DNA of 62,818 nucleotides, the filler included, from Sphaeroforma arctica JP610 (taxonomy: Eukaryota): assembly GCF_001186125.1 (NCBI RefSeq). It is 8 parts of 3 records of this genome, joined end to end, with 100 filler letters (N's around TTAATTAATTAA, not from the genome) between each part and the next. Parts side by side here need not be neighbours in the genome. Positions count along the whole stretch, not along the records: positions 47,273 to 52,153 come from NW_014040527.1; positions 52,254 to 54,969 come from NW_014040527.1; positions 55,070 to 58,228 come from NW_014040527.1; positions 58,329 to 60,501 come from NW_014040526.1; positions 60,602 to 62,818 come from NW_014040524.1; 3 more parts are not named here. One strand, given 5' to 3'. Under the pieces are notes generated by a model. That model ran no database searches. It was not told the origin of the DNA and saw only the letters and a list, made by a program, of their open reading frames with translations. Both the position numbers and the translations under genes were made by a program. Shown here piece after piece: positions 50,384 through 62,818 of the stretch (positions are counted from its first letter, which is position 1; the number at the start of each line of letters is the position of its first letter).

Positions 50384-52153
50384 TTAGTTAGCGTCTTGGC
50401 AATGCGGGCATGATCTGTGCCATGCATTGGATGACAGTATACTTCCATGACGTCGGACAGTCATCGGCTGAGTAATTAGGTTGTTCTGCATGGAAAAGCA
50501 CGGTGAGGCCACCGATACAAAGCGAGTGACCTGTGTACTGCTTGGTATGGGGTCAAACCCTTGCTCGGCCTCCATTAACTCATCTTCACTGTCGAAATAG
50601 GACTCGTCGACCAAATCATGAATATGCATCACCTCACTCTCTCCTACCTCATCTGGCGTCGGATCAGGTATTTGATCATCCTCATCCACGAGATTTACTT
50701 GAAGATGGAAGTTATTACCCGGCGCCTGTTGTGTGCGCGTGGATGTTTCCCCAGCCGATGTACAGTGTGTTGGTGCACCTCCAGGTTGCGTATGGCTGTC
50801 CGTATTCGTTGATGTTGGTGCTCGCAGTACCTTAGGGCAACGTGGTGCGTGTGCTGGGCCAGGAGGGAGATTCTTTTCACATGACCGACATCGAGCCCTA
50901 GGGTTCTATGCTGGCGGCGCATGCGGGTTAGCCCGTGTGCCCCCGGGGATCTGCAGTGGTTGGGAAAGGTTTGCCCGACGGTGTTCTTCCGCCGTATCAA
51001 TACTCCCCAGAAATACATCACGCATTTGTGCCGCGGAATATTCTCGCCAGTTATGGTGCATACGAAGAGTATCACTGTAATATGCACCCCCTGCAGCTTG
51101 ATTGATTAGGTTGAACACCTCATGGTTGCGGTACACTTGTAGCGGATTCTCATACTATCGTATCTCCATAAAGTCCACTTTGCGTTCAAAATCCCAACGT
51201 TGTGTCTCTAATGGCACCAAAGTGTTTAGCTTCATGCAAGCTAATACATTTCTGTATGCGTTATCCTCCAGATCTTGTTCGTGTATGCGTATAATATAAG
51301 CAGTGACGTCCTGAAACGACATGGACTGCAATTTTTGTATGTTCTCCACAATAAAATCCAAAAGAGCCTTGGGTGCTCCTTGTTTCTATAGTGTCCTATG
51401 TAGGCCCATCTGCATATGAATCGGGGGTAATTTGTGCAATTTTGCATTCTTATGCCAATCAAACTCTTCTGCGGACTATCCAAATAATAGCTGCCCTGTG
51501 GATTAGGTGGCCATTCCTTGGGTGTCCGTTTATCTACCATTATTGAGTAAGTCTTCGACGTCTCGTTATATGTGCGAATTAATCCTTGCAACGAACGAGC
51601 GTCCTGTAGTCCTCAGTGCGTCCTTCAGGTTCTGCTTGCATCATACGATGGGTGAGAAGGAATACCTGTGTTTACATCTTTGCCGCGGTAGATTCAGTAA
51701 CGCACGCTTCCGTGGGCGATGATATCTTACATCGTTTTGTAAAAGCCGGGCCTCCACATTAGAATCTTGTAATATAAACATACTCTTAATAGTACGTAAA
51801 ACGTACTCTTAAAAGTACGTAAACTCTTAAATGGTTTTTAACGATTTTTATTAATTAAATACCTTTTCCATTTTATATATCATATATTTGAACAAGGCCA
51901 TTAAAAGGCCCCAGTAAAATACCAAATATAAGATTTGGTCTAGTTCTATTAATAGAACTATATTAACCTTCCAAATCTATTTATATCTGAATACTTCGGA
52001 TGGCTCAACCGAACATAGGTTTCTAATGACTATTAGCGTTGCTCAGTTTATCCTCCGTTCAACCAACCAGATGTGCCAGTCTGATGGACGCTAAGTCGGT
52101 AATACTTGATGAGTGGCAAGTTATTGGTTAATGCAATAACTACGGATGTAGAA
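50384..52153 (-). mobile_element. Truncated LTR retrotransposon: 5' LTR (51738-52153) plus disrupted gag-like ORF
   Basis: Chain of broken minus-strand ORFs (51591-50384) with a Zn-knuckle-like CRSCEKNLPPGPAHAPRC (~50890-50838). The LTR terminus TGTAAAAGCCGGGCCTCCACATTAGA at 51738 is shared with 57823. Confidence 0.6.
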
Positions 52154-52266
52154 NNNNNNNNNNNNNNNNNNNNNNNNNNNNNNNNNNNNNNNNNNNNTTA
52201 ATTAATTAANNNNNNNNNNNNNNNNNNNNNNNNNNNNNNNNNNNNNNNNNNNNGTACACACTCTTC

Positions 52267-52313
<47 letters not shown>

Positions 52314-52337
52314 TATATATATATCTATATATATATA

Positions 52338-52385
<48 letters not shown>

Positions 52386-52485
52386 CATATATGCATATAG
52401 ATATATTTATACATATATGCTATATAAATATTTAGTATTGATCAATATTTATATATAAATATGTATATACATATACATGCGTATA

Positions 52486-52518
<33 letters not shown>

Positions 52519-52524
52519 TAAATG

Positions 52525-52571
<47 letters not shown>

Positions 52572-52696
52572 TTATATATATATATATATATAATATTATA
52601 TATATATAGATGCATATATACATATATGCAAATATGTATATATGTATATATATATATAGATATATATATATATATATTTACACTCACACACGCACT

Positions 52697-52786
<90 letters not shown>

Positions 52787-52912
52787 CATATTTATATAAA
52801 TATATGTATGTATGTATATCTATACCTACATAAAAGCATACATGCAAATGTACGTATAAAGCTCAATTTGTACACACACACTCACTTAATATATATATAT
52901 ATATATACACAC

Positions 52913-52950
<38 letters not shown>

Positions 52951-53231
52951 TATATATATATGTGTATATATATGTATTTATATAAATAAATAAATAAATA
53001 TATATATATATATATATATATATTATGTAGTATAACCATAGTATCGTTAGCTGGCATTAAGATGGCTACATTTAGTTTAATAGTGTACCACGCAATATAC
53101 ACTCGTATGATCAATTTAGTTTTGTATTTGTGGGTTTCGCCACTTACGGTGCACTACGCCGCCTTCTGTGCATATGCCCCGGTTTCTGGTATTCTGTGCC
53201 TAATACTGCCTTCCTTCTTGATTCAAAATAG

Positions 53232-54527
53232 GCTTGAGACCGTTCGGTGTGTCCTTCTTATACACGGGGTGGGATAAACACTTCGGATTCCAATTGTATC
53301 AAAGCGATCCTTCGGGAAACTATGGTGGATGGAAGGCTGCTTGTATTGGATCCAATAGTCAGGTTTGTCGCTATTTCAGTTATTTCGTTAGAGCAGATCA
53401 GAACCTGTATGAGCAATGAGTATGCACAGGTCAAATCAACTTCCGGCAATCACTAACGAATGCCAATGTACATCGTTATGTTCAATGGCTGTATGTGCTG
53501 GCATCGTTTTGTTCAATGGCTGTATATGTTTGAGAAGCGTTTTGCACGCTGATAGTTCCGAATAAATGGTCAGCGCTGCGTGTAAAGGCAGCCTTACGTT
53601 TCTGTCTGTCGGTCACCGTTTTATTTTATGTACTATTGTCTTTCTTTCAAGTTCTGTTGCTTCTATATATACCTTATATTTGGGTTGTTGGCTATAATCA
53701 TGATCATGATCATGAAAACATTTATTTGTCATGAAAACGTAATCACGCTGGCGCGTTATATACCTTGCGACACTCAACAGTTTGCGGCATACTCTCAGTA
53801 TGGGGGTAAATTCACGGATCGAGTCCTATCGTTAACCTCCGTCTTTTATCACAATACACACACAATAGGCCGCACAGAGTATCCTGAAGACCGACTATTC
53901 GGAGGACATGTCGTTGGATGACGCCCTTATGTTGGCGGTCAAAGTACTGACGAAAACTATGGACAGCACCACGCTATCATCTGAGAAACGTATGTCAAGA
54001 GGTTCCTTGTGGCTAGTTTGATAGCCGCTTCGGCTGTGTGTTGATGACGTTGTTCTGGTGTGGCAGGCTTGATAGGAACGACGGTTTGTCTTGAGCACAC
54101 CTTTCAGCGTAAGACTAGACGGCCTTTTGCCACTCACCTGATTGCTGTCAATGTTTTGATTGGTCAAGACTACGTCTGCTCGTAGTAGCGAGGCTACAAT
54201 CTAATGTTGTCACCTTTTGCAAGCAATACCACTGCGTGAGCGTGTTTTACGTTAGTTTCGTGTTTTACAATTCCGGCGAACAGGGGGGCTTCCAGACCTC
54301 CGATATGTAGGGTGGCTAGGGTGTAGATTAAGAGATTCCTCATATTTTAATTGTCAAATAATCTATCTACAGTTGAATTCGCGACCCTTTCCCGGAGAAA
54401 TGGCAAAACTGTGTTCGAACATGTGAGTGCCAAACGAACGGATGAACTTCTCACAGCCGGTAAGAAGATTCTAGAAGAGAAGAAATTAGCCGAACAGAGA
54501 GAAAAGGCAAAGCTAGCGAAGAAGTAG
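53232..54527 (+). CDS. PSMA4: 20S proteasome subunit alpha type-4 (Pre9), 3' exons; 5' part lost in gap
   Basis: Exons 53232-53362, 53869-53989, 54373-54527: [65 protein letters not shown]. Confidence 0.95.
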
Positions 54528-54887
54528 TTTCTGTAATTACGAAACCAGACTCGACCAATCTTGTGAGGCTTGAGTGCTAGTTACCTCGCTGTCATACATG
54601 TTATAGGCTATGCAAGCAATTAAAAATGTTCATGCTAATAAAGTGAATCTTCCCGTAGTTCCTCATTTATTGTTGCACGGCTGAAAAGAGAGCCCAGTTG
54701 AAGTATGAAGTTCAAAACTCGGGGTTGGTGTGTACAAGACTTCATACTTCAAGTAAAGTTTCAAAAGCTCATTATGACCCTGGATCAATCAATACAAAGT
54801 GGTCTACACAGTTTGGAAGGTTGAAAATGATAGAGACCGTTTGACAATGTAATAACTAAATAATAATAAGAATAAAATCTCGGTTTA

Positions 54888-54955
<68 letters not shown>

Positions 54956-55079
54956 ATATATATNTATATNNNNNNNNNNNNNNNNNNNNNNNNNNNNNNN
55001 NNNNNNNNNNNNNTTAATTAATTAANNNNNNNNNNNNNNNNNNNNNNNNNNNNNNNNNNNNNNNNNNNNTATATATATA

Positions 55080-57822
55080 TTCTGGAATGTTTACATTCTA
55101 TTAGTATTATGGAACAGAGAGTAGCACCAGTAAAGTATTACACTAATTGTGCGCTACTGAGAACTCTGCTACGGCTGTGTGGTGCCGGGACCATGCTCGG
55201 TTTCCAGACGGGTTGAAGAACACGCCAATTGTGACTCCGTCGTGGTACGAGAAGCAGAAGGCTCCAGTTATTAAGGAATTGACAAATATTTTAACCTGGG
55301 CCAATTATCTGGCCTACTGTTTAAAGCAAATCGATTTGGGAGGTTTATTTGTGGAGCATCGGGAGCAGGCTTATCGTGGAGTAATTGTGGCCCTAGTCAA
55401 GGATTTGGGTCAGACTGTGGAATTGAAGCGACTCAGAGTTGAGTAAGGAGCAGAATTTGCAGCTCTTGTGGAGCATCAGGTACGCCCCACATTCCAAAAT
55501 TCTTCAGATATCTTAAAATTCGTCAAAGCAACGAAGGAAAAGCAGCACGAACTCGCGCTGCATCGTCCGGGGCAAAAATTCAGGCCCAAGAACGACTAAC
55601 TCCCCAACGGCCGCACGGCAGTGTTCCCTGGATCGATCCGAATGCTCCTCTGTATTGCAAGGTAAGAAGTGTCCTAGCGAAATGGAATGGCCTGGGGGGG
55701 GGGGGGGCTCCACCTCCATCGACGAAGGGTCGGTGGATAACAGTTCCGGAGGTGGACGAGGCGATGATCCAGGCGGAATTTTTACGACTCGAACAGGACG
55801 GAATTATCCGACGTTGCCAAGAATCGGAGGCAACCTTGGTACACTCAGCCTTTATGATACCAAAATCCGACGGAAATAGAGGCCGATTGATTCTAAATCC
55901 GGAAAGCATCAACGCTCACGCGCAGAGGAATACCTTCCGAACAGAGGGTTTAGAAAAATTGGCACACGTTGCGAGACCGGGGAATGTAGCTATGTCAGCC
56001 GACATAATGGACGGCCTTTATGTGTTAGCTGTTGCCAACCCCAGGATCCGGCAATTTTGCGACCACAAGCACCAGCTATGGTGCTTCCTAGCATTACCGA
56101 TGGGGGCAACATTCCCCCCAACATGGTTCAACCAGCTGATGGACGTAGTGAGGAAAGTAACAAGAGCTCAGGGATACGAATAATACTGTATGTCGACGAT
56201 CTTCTGTTGCTGGGACGGCCAAAGACTTGTCGGAAGCATGCCAGGATTATAACAGCAATATTCATGAAGTTTCAACTCCAATTCGCACCAGGAAAAGGTT
56301 ATTGGATAATACCTGTAAGCAGACTCCAACACCTAGGCGTTATCATAGACTTGAGAGCAAACACCATCGAGATGATACCAGAGTTCAAGGCGAAGGTCCT
56401 GAGACTAGCAGGGGCAATCAGGAGCTCAGGTCTACAGAACCAGCGGCGCATACCAACCCGAGTTTGGCAATCGTTCTTAGATTGCCTCCAGTGGGCGGGT
56501 TTCTCCGTACTCAGCTTAAGGCCCTTTATAGCAGATCTCCAACAGTCAGCTATTTGGTGTCACACCTTTCGGATACAACTCTCGGGTGCGACCTTCAAGA
56601 AAATAGAGCGCATTTCGCTCTTAGTGGAGATTTTCTGCTACCGACAAATATGGCTCCAAGACCACCAAGCAACTATCACCTCCGACTCCTCGAAGGTGGG
56701 CTTCGGTGCCACGCTCCGATGGAAACAGACCACGCACACATTTGCCGGCACTTGGATCCCAACGGAAAGTCGATGGCCAATTCCAGTCTTAGAACTAAAG
56801 GCACTCGTTCTAGCCTTCGAGTTCTTCTTCAACAACACAAAGATCGGAACCACCCCACGTCTCTGGCTCACAGACAGCAGCACTGCACTACATGCTCTGC
56901 GCAAGACAAGGGGCCAGTCGAAGCTAATAAACGCCCAACTTCGCCGGCTAGTATGGTTCTGTCACCAGAACAAAGCTCCACGGCCAGTAGTTCTCGAGTA
57001 CATGCCGGGAAAGCTCAACTTAGCAGCCGATATACTTTCGCGCAGCGGCAAGTTTCTCCAGTACTATTGGACTGTGACTCTAGAAGCAATCATATCGATA
57101 TTCCAAAAGTGGCATATTCGACCGAATGCAGCGGAACGAACTTATACAAACAGCTACTTCCTCCAAAAAGCACACCACGGTCATGTATCTTTTGCGAGCA
57201 GGTTCCACGACAAGTGGGACCAGTCCTTGGAGCTTCTCGCTCCACCAGAGACAATGATGGGACAGATACTCGAGCAACTCGACCGACGACTACGTCAGGC
57301 AGTCCTCATAATTACAATTTGACAGAAGGCCATTTGTTGGCCTCACATCATTTGACATGGCAAAGACCTGACTATCCTAGAGCCGGGCGCGGTGCACCAC
57401 TCAGTATTGGTAACCAACAAACTCAACAGGTTAGTTCCCCCAACGCGTCTATACGGAGCAGTATTGTACTAGCCAAGCGGCAGCGTGCTAATGCCGCGAT
57501 AGATCGCGCTCGAGTGTGGACACAATTACAGAATGGAGGGTTAGCGCCGGGCACTCAGGAGAACTACCGGATAGCGTTCCAGTTCTGGACCAATTACGCC
57601 ACTAGGCATAATCTTACCACCACCATTCCGACTCGAGATCAGCTATTACACTTCTTAGAGTTTGGTTTTTATGAAGGCTGCGCTCCAGATCAAATCCGTC
57701 AGATCCGAGCAGCAGTCAACAGTTATGCACGAAGCCATGGTCTGATCCCTCCGGACGACACGACATGGCAACGAGCAGTACAGGGGTATATTTCCCTGTG
57801 GAACCAAGGAAACCCCCCCTAC
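55080..57822 (+). mobile_element. DIRS-type (tyrosine recombinase) retrotransposon, degenerate and 3'-interrupted
   Basis: Gag-like 55147-55600. RT 55752-56400 (AFMIPKSDG..RLIL, LPMG, frameshift, YVDD, HLG). RNase H (TSDSSKVGFG, VLELKAL, TDSSTA, YMPGKLNLAADILSR). Overlapping frame with YR core-binding start LAPGTQENYRIAFQFW. Confidence 0.88.
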
Positions 57823-58228
57823 TGTAATAAGCCGGGCCTCCACATTAGACTCTATGTTATAAACCTACTCTTAAGCAGTACGTAAATTATAAACTTACTC
57901 TTAATAGGGATAATATTATTTATTTCAAAAATGGCAAGTATGTATGATACAATGTATGAACACATGGTATGGCTCTCATAGTCGCTGTAGTGGTTCAGGA
58001 AAGATTGATGGGAAGAAGTGGTCAGTAAATTCCCATTTGAAGCTTGGGCTAAGTGAGTCGACAATGGAGGATATGTGCTGAGTCAATTCGGGCTGGTGTT
58101 GACAAAATACTGTTACTATCGAATGTTCCATATATTCGCTTGCTGATCTACTAAGTAGAGTACCCACCTCTGTGGTACGGATCGGGTCTGCGCCGTGTAG
58201 TGCCGTGGAATGGGTTAGTGCAAAGTAA
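57823..58228. mobile_element. LTR of the 51738 family inserted into the DIRS recombinase ORF
   Basis: TGTAATAAGCCGGGCCTCCACATTAGA...tactcttaa..agtacgtaaa matches 51738-51830 and cuts the YR frame. Confidence 0.7.
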
Positions 58229-58328
58229 NNNNNNNNNNNNNNNNNNNNNNNNNNNNNNNNNNNNNNNNNNNNTTAATTAATTAANNNNNNNNNNNNNNNN
58301 NNNNNNNNNNNNNNNNNNNNNNNNNNNN

Positions 58329-58980
58329 GAGGAGTTCCATTTAAATCACAGACACAAGACGGTTCGACAAAGGAAACTGGAGTTTACAATTACAGTATAT
58401 ATCTCCTTTAAGGACGACGTTAGTGATTGGCTTTATCATCTGACATGGGTCCACGATCAAATGAATGAAATACCGGACCCAATAATTGGCGTTACCTGTC
58501 ACAATTCTTCCGCGTTAGGAGAAGTGTGCTACAACTCCATGTTGATAGGGTGCCTAATAATGTATAGCGATTCACGTGGCTGTGTACAAGGTCGTGTGGG
58601 ATTCATAAGCGCAAGAACGATGGACTAAGAAGAAGAAGTAAGTCTACTTCAAGGATGGTGATACCGTGAGATCAAACAGCGTAGCTAAGATACAGAGAAG
58701 CTGTATTCCTACTTTATAGAACCATACGTGATTCCCGTCCACGACGAGTAGTTTGACACTTATAAAGTGAATATCATTGGACAAGCGATCAGATACAGCT
58801 ATGTCGCGCGTATGATGATACTATACAACTTGAAAAAGGCGAGTTCAAGAAAACAGTATGTATTTTATCCATCAAAGGAATCATATACTACAAAATATTG
58901 TTTTACGACAATGAGGTGTACAGCCTCACATCTGCAGATTTTGAAATTCAATACTACTTGAAAAGTATTTACAAGTAGAG
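58329..58980 (+). mobile_element. Ty3/gypsy integrase C-terminal relic (GPY/F domain, possible chromodomain)
   Basis: SDWLYHLTWVHDQMNEIPDPIIGVT, VYFKDGDTV, KLYSYFIEPYVI..DTYKV; stops and frameshifts. Confidence 0.6.
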
Positions 58981-60601
58981 GCGCAAGCGCATACACACGA
59001 ACCAGGTGGAAAACGATACACTTTTTCTCCAAGCAGATAAGAATGCAAAGCACTCCTCTTTACATAGAAAGACTTTACAGTGGGACTGAAAATACCAAGG
59101 GGTGTAAGGTAGATATGCGATTGTGTATCAGGTTTTAATACATTACATACCTTAGGTTGAGACCGAACCCCGCTTTCTCTCTGACATTAAGTTTTCTTAA
59201 TATACTTCACATGAAATCAGACTAATTATTCAACGGGGATTACGTGCGAAGGAATCGAATTCAAATCTCGCGTACAATCATGACAGCCATAAGTATACAA
59301 ACAATTGTGATGTAGTATCATAGATTCTCCATATTGTAGATCACATATACAGAAGTTGAGAGTGGGTGACATTCTAGTAATACATCGCAAAAGAAACTAC
59401 TATTGCAATGATTCTTAAAGAAATTTTGCTGGTCTAGAGTGGGTAGAACCAAGTTAACGAGCGTTAGTTCACTCGCACAATGTCTAATAAAAAAAGGGAC
59501 ATTGCTGTGCTTTGCCACGCTCGTCGCTCAAGTAATGCAGGTGGGATATAATCGTCCAACTGGGTCTAATCTACCTCTGATATATGAAAATTGACGACGT
59601 TAAACAATACTTCGAATTTACGTTCACGGGAAAGTAGGTCGTTATGGTCTAAAACCCAAGTTCAAGCGAAAGTTCACGATCTCCGACTGCCTTGACGGGG
59701 AGATTTTATAGGGTCTCTGATTCGCCTCAGTTGCATTGCCTGAGATAACCGTCAGAGAGGGCTCAGTATCACAGAGCGATGCCATCTATATATAGATGGA
59801 CTGTTGTGCTAGTGGCGTTCCAAACAAACTTTACTATTAAACTACATTTGCATGTCATCTTATAATCCAAGTTGACGATTTGGGTATGATCATTCGTAAA
59901 GGTTTAGGGTTTTATGGGTTTGGGGACACTCATAACAAATTGTAAGTAGTACCAATCTACTCTTCGCAGAGCTTCCATGTGAGAATTTGTCGAATGCAGA
60001 CTCATGTACAACCTCCAGAGCGCTGAAACAATCGTCATGTATACAACTTTCTGATCTCGAGCCCCTGACACATCCGGTAAAGAATGAAATTTCACACCAT
60101 ACGTATGTAACAAGTCTTCTTCTGAAGAATCTCTCGAAGTCAAAATATCCACAGTTATAGTAGTCACCTTGGTTCATAGGATAGAACTGAAGAAATGTTT
60201 TTGTAGTCAGGGTAAGTAAGAATGCGCATATCCAACCGAATTACCCGTGCTTTTTATACCTGTAATTATGCCTGATCGTTCCATCTTTTAGAGTCGGAGT
60301 CTCCCTATTACTATAAAACGATTTTTCGGCCGAGTATTTGCACCTCTGATGCGAACAATATTTCCCAGCCTGGAGCCTAATACCTATTCACACTATGATT
60401 TCAGTATAGGTACACATATATAAATTACCTTATAGGTACATTGCATGCATGTATATAAATAGTAGAAGCATATTGCAAGCACACACAAACACACACATAT
60501 ANNNNNNNNNNNNNNNNNNNNNNNNNNNNNNNNNNNNNNNNNNNNTTAATTAATTAANNNNNNNNNNNNNNNNNNNNNNNNNNNNNNNNNNNNNNNNNNN
60601 N

Positions 60602-60654
<53 letters not shown>

Positions 60655-60845
60655 TATATATATATATCTACACAATACAAGCACATGGTATATGTATCCA
60701 TGCGTCTGTGACATGTTATATTTGTATTCACCATGAAGTGAGTTGCTTTGTGTTGCTTCATATCGTGTCGTGTCTAATGTCCTTGTATTATATTACATCT
60801 TCTCATGTTATATTACATCTTCCCGTACTCTTCTATGGTCGCCAG

Positions 60846-62363
60846 GTGGCTGGCACAGAAGTGAAGGTGTTCATCAATGGCAATCTGGATACCTCTGCCT
60901 CACACAATCACGATGGCGTAGGCAAAGACAGCACAGGTGCAATGGTCAAGGTATGTGATAGCGTACACACACACCTCTGATTCAGGCCTATTCACGTGCA
61001 CATTCATGTGTCACACAAACACCTCTGATTCAGGCACATTCGCGTGCACATTCATGTGTGATACGCGCAGATTGCACACATGCATACACTTGCTTCAGTG
61101 TATGTGTTGTATGTGTGCATCATAAATATGCCTACCACTTAATTTTGTGTACGTACACGTGTGTGTTGTATGTATGTATCATATACATGCCTACCACTTA
61201 CTTCAGTGTATGTGCACACACGTATGAGTTCATAGGCACACCTTGCATAACCTACCTACACACTGCAGCTGGGCTATGTACTTCGCATAAGAATTACCTA
61301 CCATGTCATGGTGTCATTGGCTGCTTACATATGCGTCTCTGTGTTGCGCCGCTGCTACAGTCGCCTATACGCTGATTCGTCGTTGAGTCTGATTGGGTGT
61401 CGTTCTGGGCACTCCGTCATCTCTGCTCCAATCAAATGCTATCTCATATCATAGACACTATAGGCGGTCAGCGTGATCACTGACACTGTGCCAGTCTAGT
61501 TGCCTCATTGCGTTGTACATATTTATACCTGTGCGTTGTACTTACCTACACCTATGCGATGTACTTACCTACACCTATGCGATGTACTTACCAACACCTG
61601 TTCGTTGTACTTTCCTACACCTATGTAATGTACTTAACTACACCTGTGCGTTGTACATACCTACACCTGTACGTTGTACTTACCTACACCTATGTGATGT
61701 ACTTACTTACACCTATGCGATGTACTTACCTACACCTGTGCGATGTACTTACCTACACTTGTGCGATGTACTTACCTACACTTGTGCGATGTACTTACAT
61801 ACACTTGTGCGCCTGTGCGCGTTCATACGTTCTGTAGGGGCTGAGTATCTGCACCAGCATGTTCAATGCGGGCGTCTACCTCAAGGGCCTAGTGGACGAA
61901 GTCAGGTAGGCTATTACACACCACACCACACCATTTCACCCCGCCCCGTCGTACATCTTTAGGCTTGTCAGACAGTTGTCGTGCATAGGACAATCCGACA
62001 CATAGGTCTGTCACGGGTTTTAGGGTTTTGGGGTCCGTATCATGGAATTCGGTTCCTGCGTTTTGCTCCAATGCCATGCGATGCAGTTGAGTATAGTCGT
62101 CCTCTGTGTGTGTGGTTGCTGCCGCATGTCTTACCATCGAGGTTTATAAAACCCTAGAAAAACCTCATCTTTAAAAACCCTAAATCCTGTAAAAGCTTCA
62201 TACCCTAAATCACGTATATTGAACACCACTGTTGGACTGGTTGGCATTGCCCACAGAATCTGGAACTACACGCGCACAGCAGAGGAGATCAAGGCCGCCA
62301 TGCACACCTCACTGCTAGCCACAGACGGCACTCTGCACACGCAGAAGGCCCAGGGGTTGGTAG
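60846..62363 (+). CDS. LamG-like jellyroll (concanavalin A-like) domain protein, internal exons only
   Basis: Exons 60846-60950, 61838-61905, 62257-62359 or 62363: EVKVFINGNL..YLKGLVDEVR|IWNYTRTAEEIKAAM..GLV. Confidence 0.8.
61510..61812. repeat. Intronic minisatellite, 23 bp x ~13
   Basis: tacctacacct(a/g)tgcgatgtact variants ending just before the 61837 acceptor. Confidence 0.9.
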
Positions 62364-62594
62364 GTGTGGGTGTACTGTACGTGTGTGTGTTGGTGTAAGT
62401 GTATGTGTAAGTGTATGTGTACGTGTATGTGTAAGTGTACGTGTATGTGTTTGTCGTGTGTACCTACTGCTATTACGGCTTGTCCGTGCATCTTCATGTG
62501 AGATGTAGTAATATGCCTGAGACTCTATTTTGGTTCAAGGTGTAGGTAGGTCCCAGCATATACACATTTCCGCGGCCCATTGTTTTTGAGTCTA

Positions 62595-62818
62595 GGGCTT
62601 GTATCTAGCTGGTGTATCTAGGGTTTGTATCTAGCTGTTGTATCTAGGGTTTGTATCTAACGGTTGTATCTAGCTGGTGTATCTAGGGTTTGTATTTAGC
62701 TGTTGTATCTATGGTTTGTATCTAGCTGGTGTATCTATGGTTTGTATCTAGGGTTTGTATCTAGCGGTTGTATCTAGGGTTTGTATCTACCCGGTGTATC
62801 TAGGGTTTGTATCTAGCT
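62595..62818. repeat. 13-bp minisatellite running off the window
   Basis: gtatctagggttt / gtatctagctggt units. Confidence 0.9.

Noticed and set aside
52254..53030. YI/HT/CV-repeat ORFs here and at 5720, 8608, 13225, 23285, 26948, 41198, 47020
   Set aside because: Translations of (TA)n/(CA)n microsatellites.
56227..57450. 552-aa ORF as a stand-alone gene
   Set aside because: Overlapping DIRS frame; only its 3' part resembles the recombinase N-terminus, and its end comes from the LTR insertion.
58620..58810. NIIGQAIRYSY as a giant-virus D6/D11 helicase motif VI
   Set aside because: Surrounding residues fit a gypsy integrase C-terminus (DW..L.WV..N..IGVT, FKDGDTV, KL..FIEPY) better, and no other helicase motifs are present.
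62595..62818. Telomere-like tagggttt words
   Set aside because: Part of a 13-bp intronic minisatellite, not (TTAGGG)n.

Overview
Eukaryotic, intron-rich genomic scaffold (GT-AG introns, (TA)n/(CA)n tracts) with seven artificial 100-nt gap spacers (N44-TTAATTAATTAA-N44). The gene set suggests a unicellular holozoan such as an ichthyosporean, which is an inference. Host genes, with exons assembled by hand, are: the last exon of a P/Q/G/Y-rich protein; a 6-exon 524-aa uncharacterised protein with a divergent SDR/Rossmann motif set; alpha-actinin (872 aa); an intronless secreted EEP-family phosphoesterase; the C-terminal half of a WNK-like kinase (CCT domain, coiled coil, polyQ); fibrillarin; a PHO80/PCL-type cyclin; the 3' half of proteasome alpha-4; and part of a LamG-domain protein. 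About 20 kb is decayed transposons: Ty3/gypsy-type LTR remnants, a P-element-like transposase relic and a DIRS element interrupted by an LTR. The most notable observations are a box C/D snoRNA inside a fibrillarin intron, intronic minisatellites built from branch-point/3' splice-site motifs, about 4 kb of unexplained cargo 3' of an LTR-element integrase, a possible self-priming LTR, and micro-duplication 'stutter' tracts upstream of genes. No CRISPR array, rRNA or tRNA was recognised. All family assignments come from motifs recalled by eye; no database search was run.
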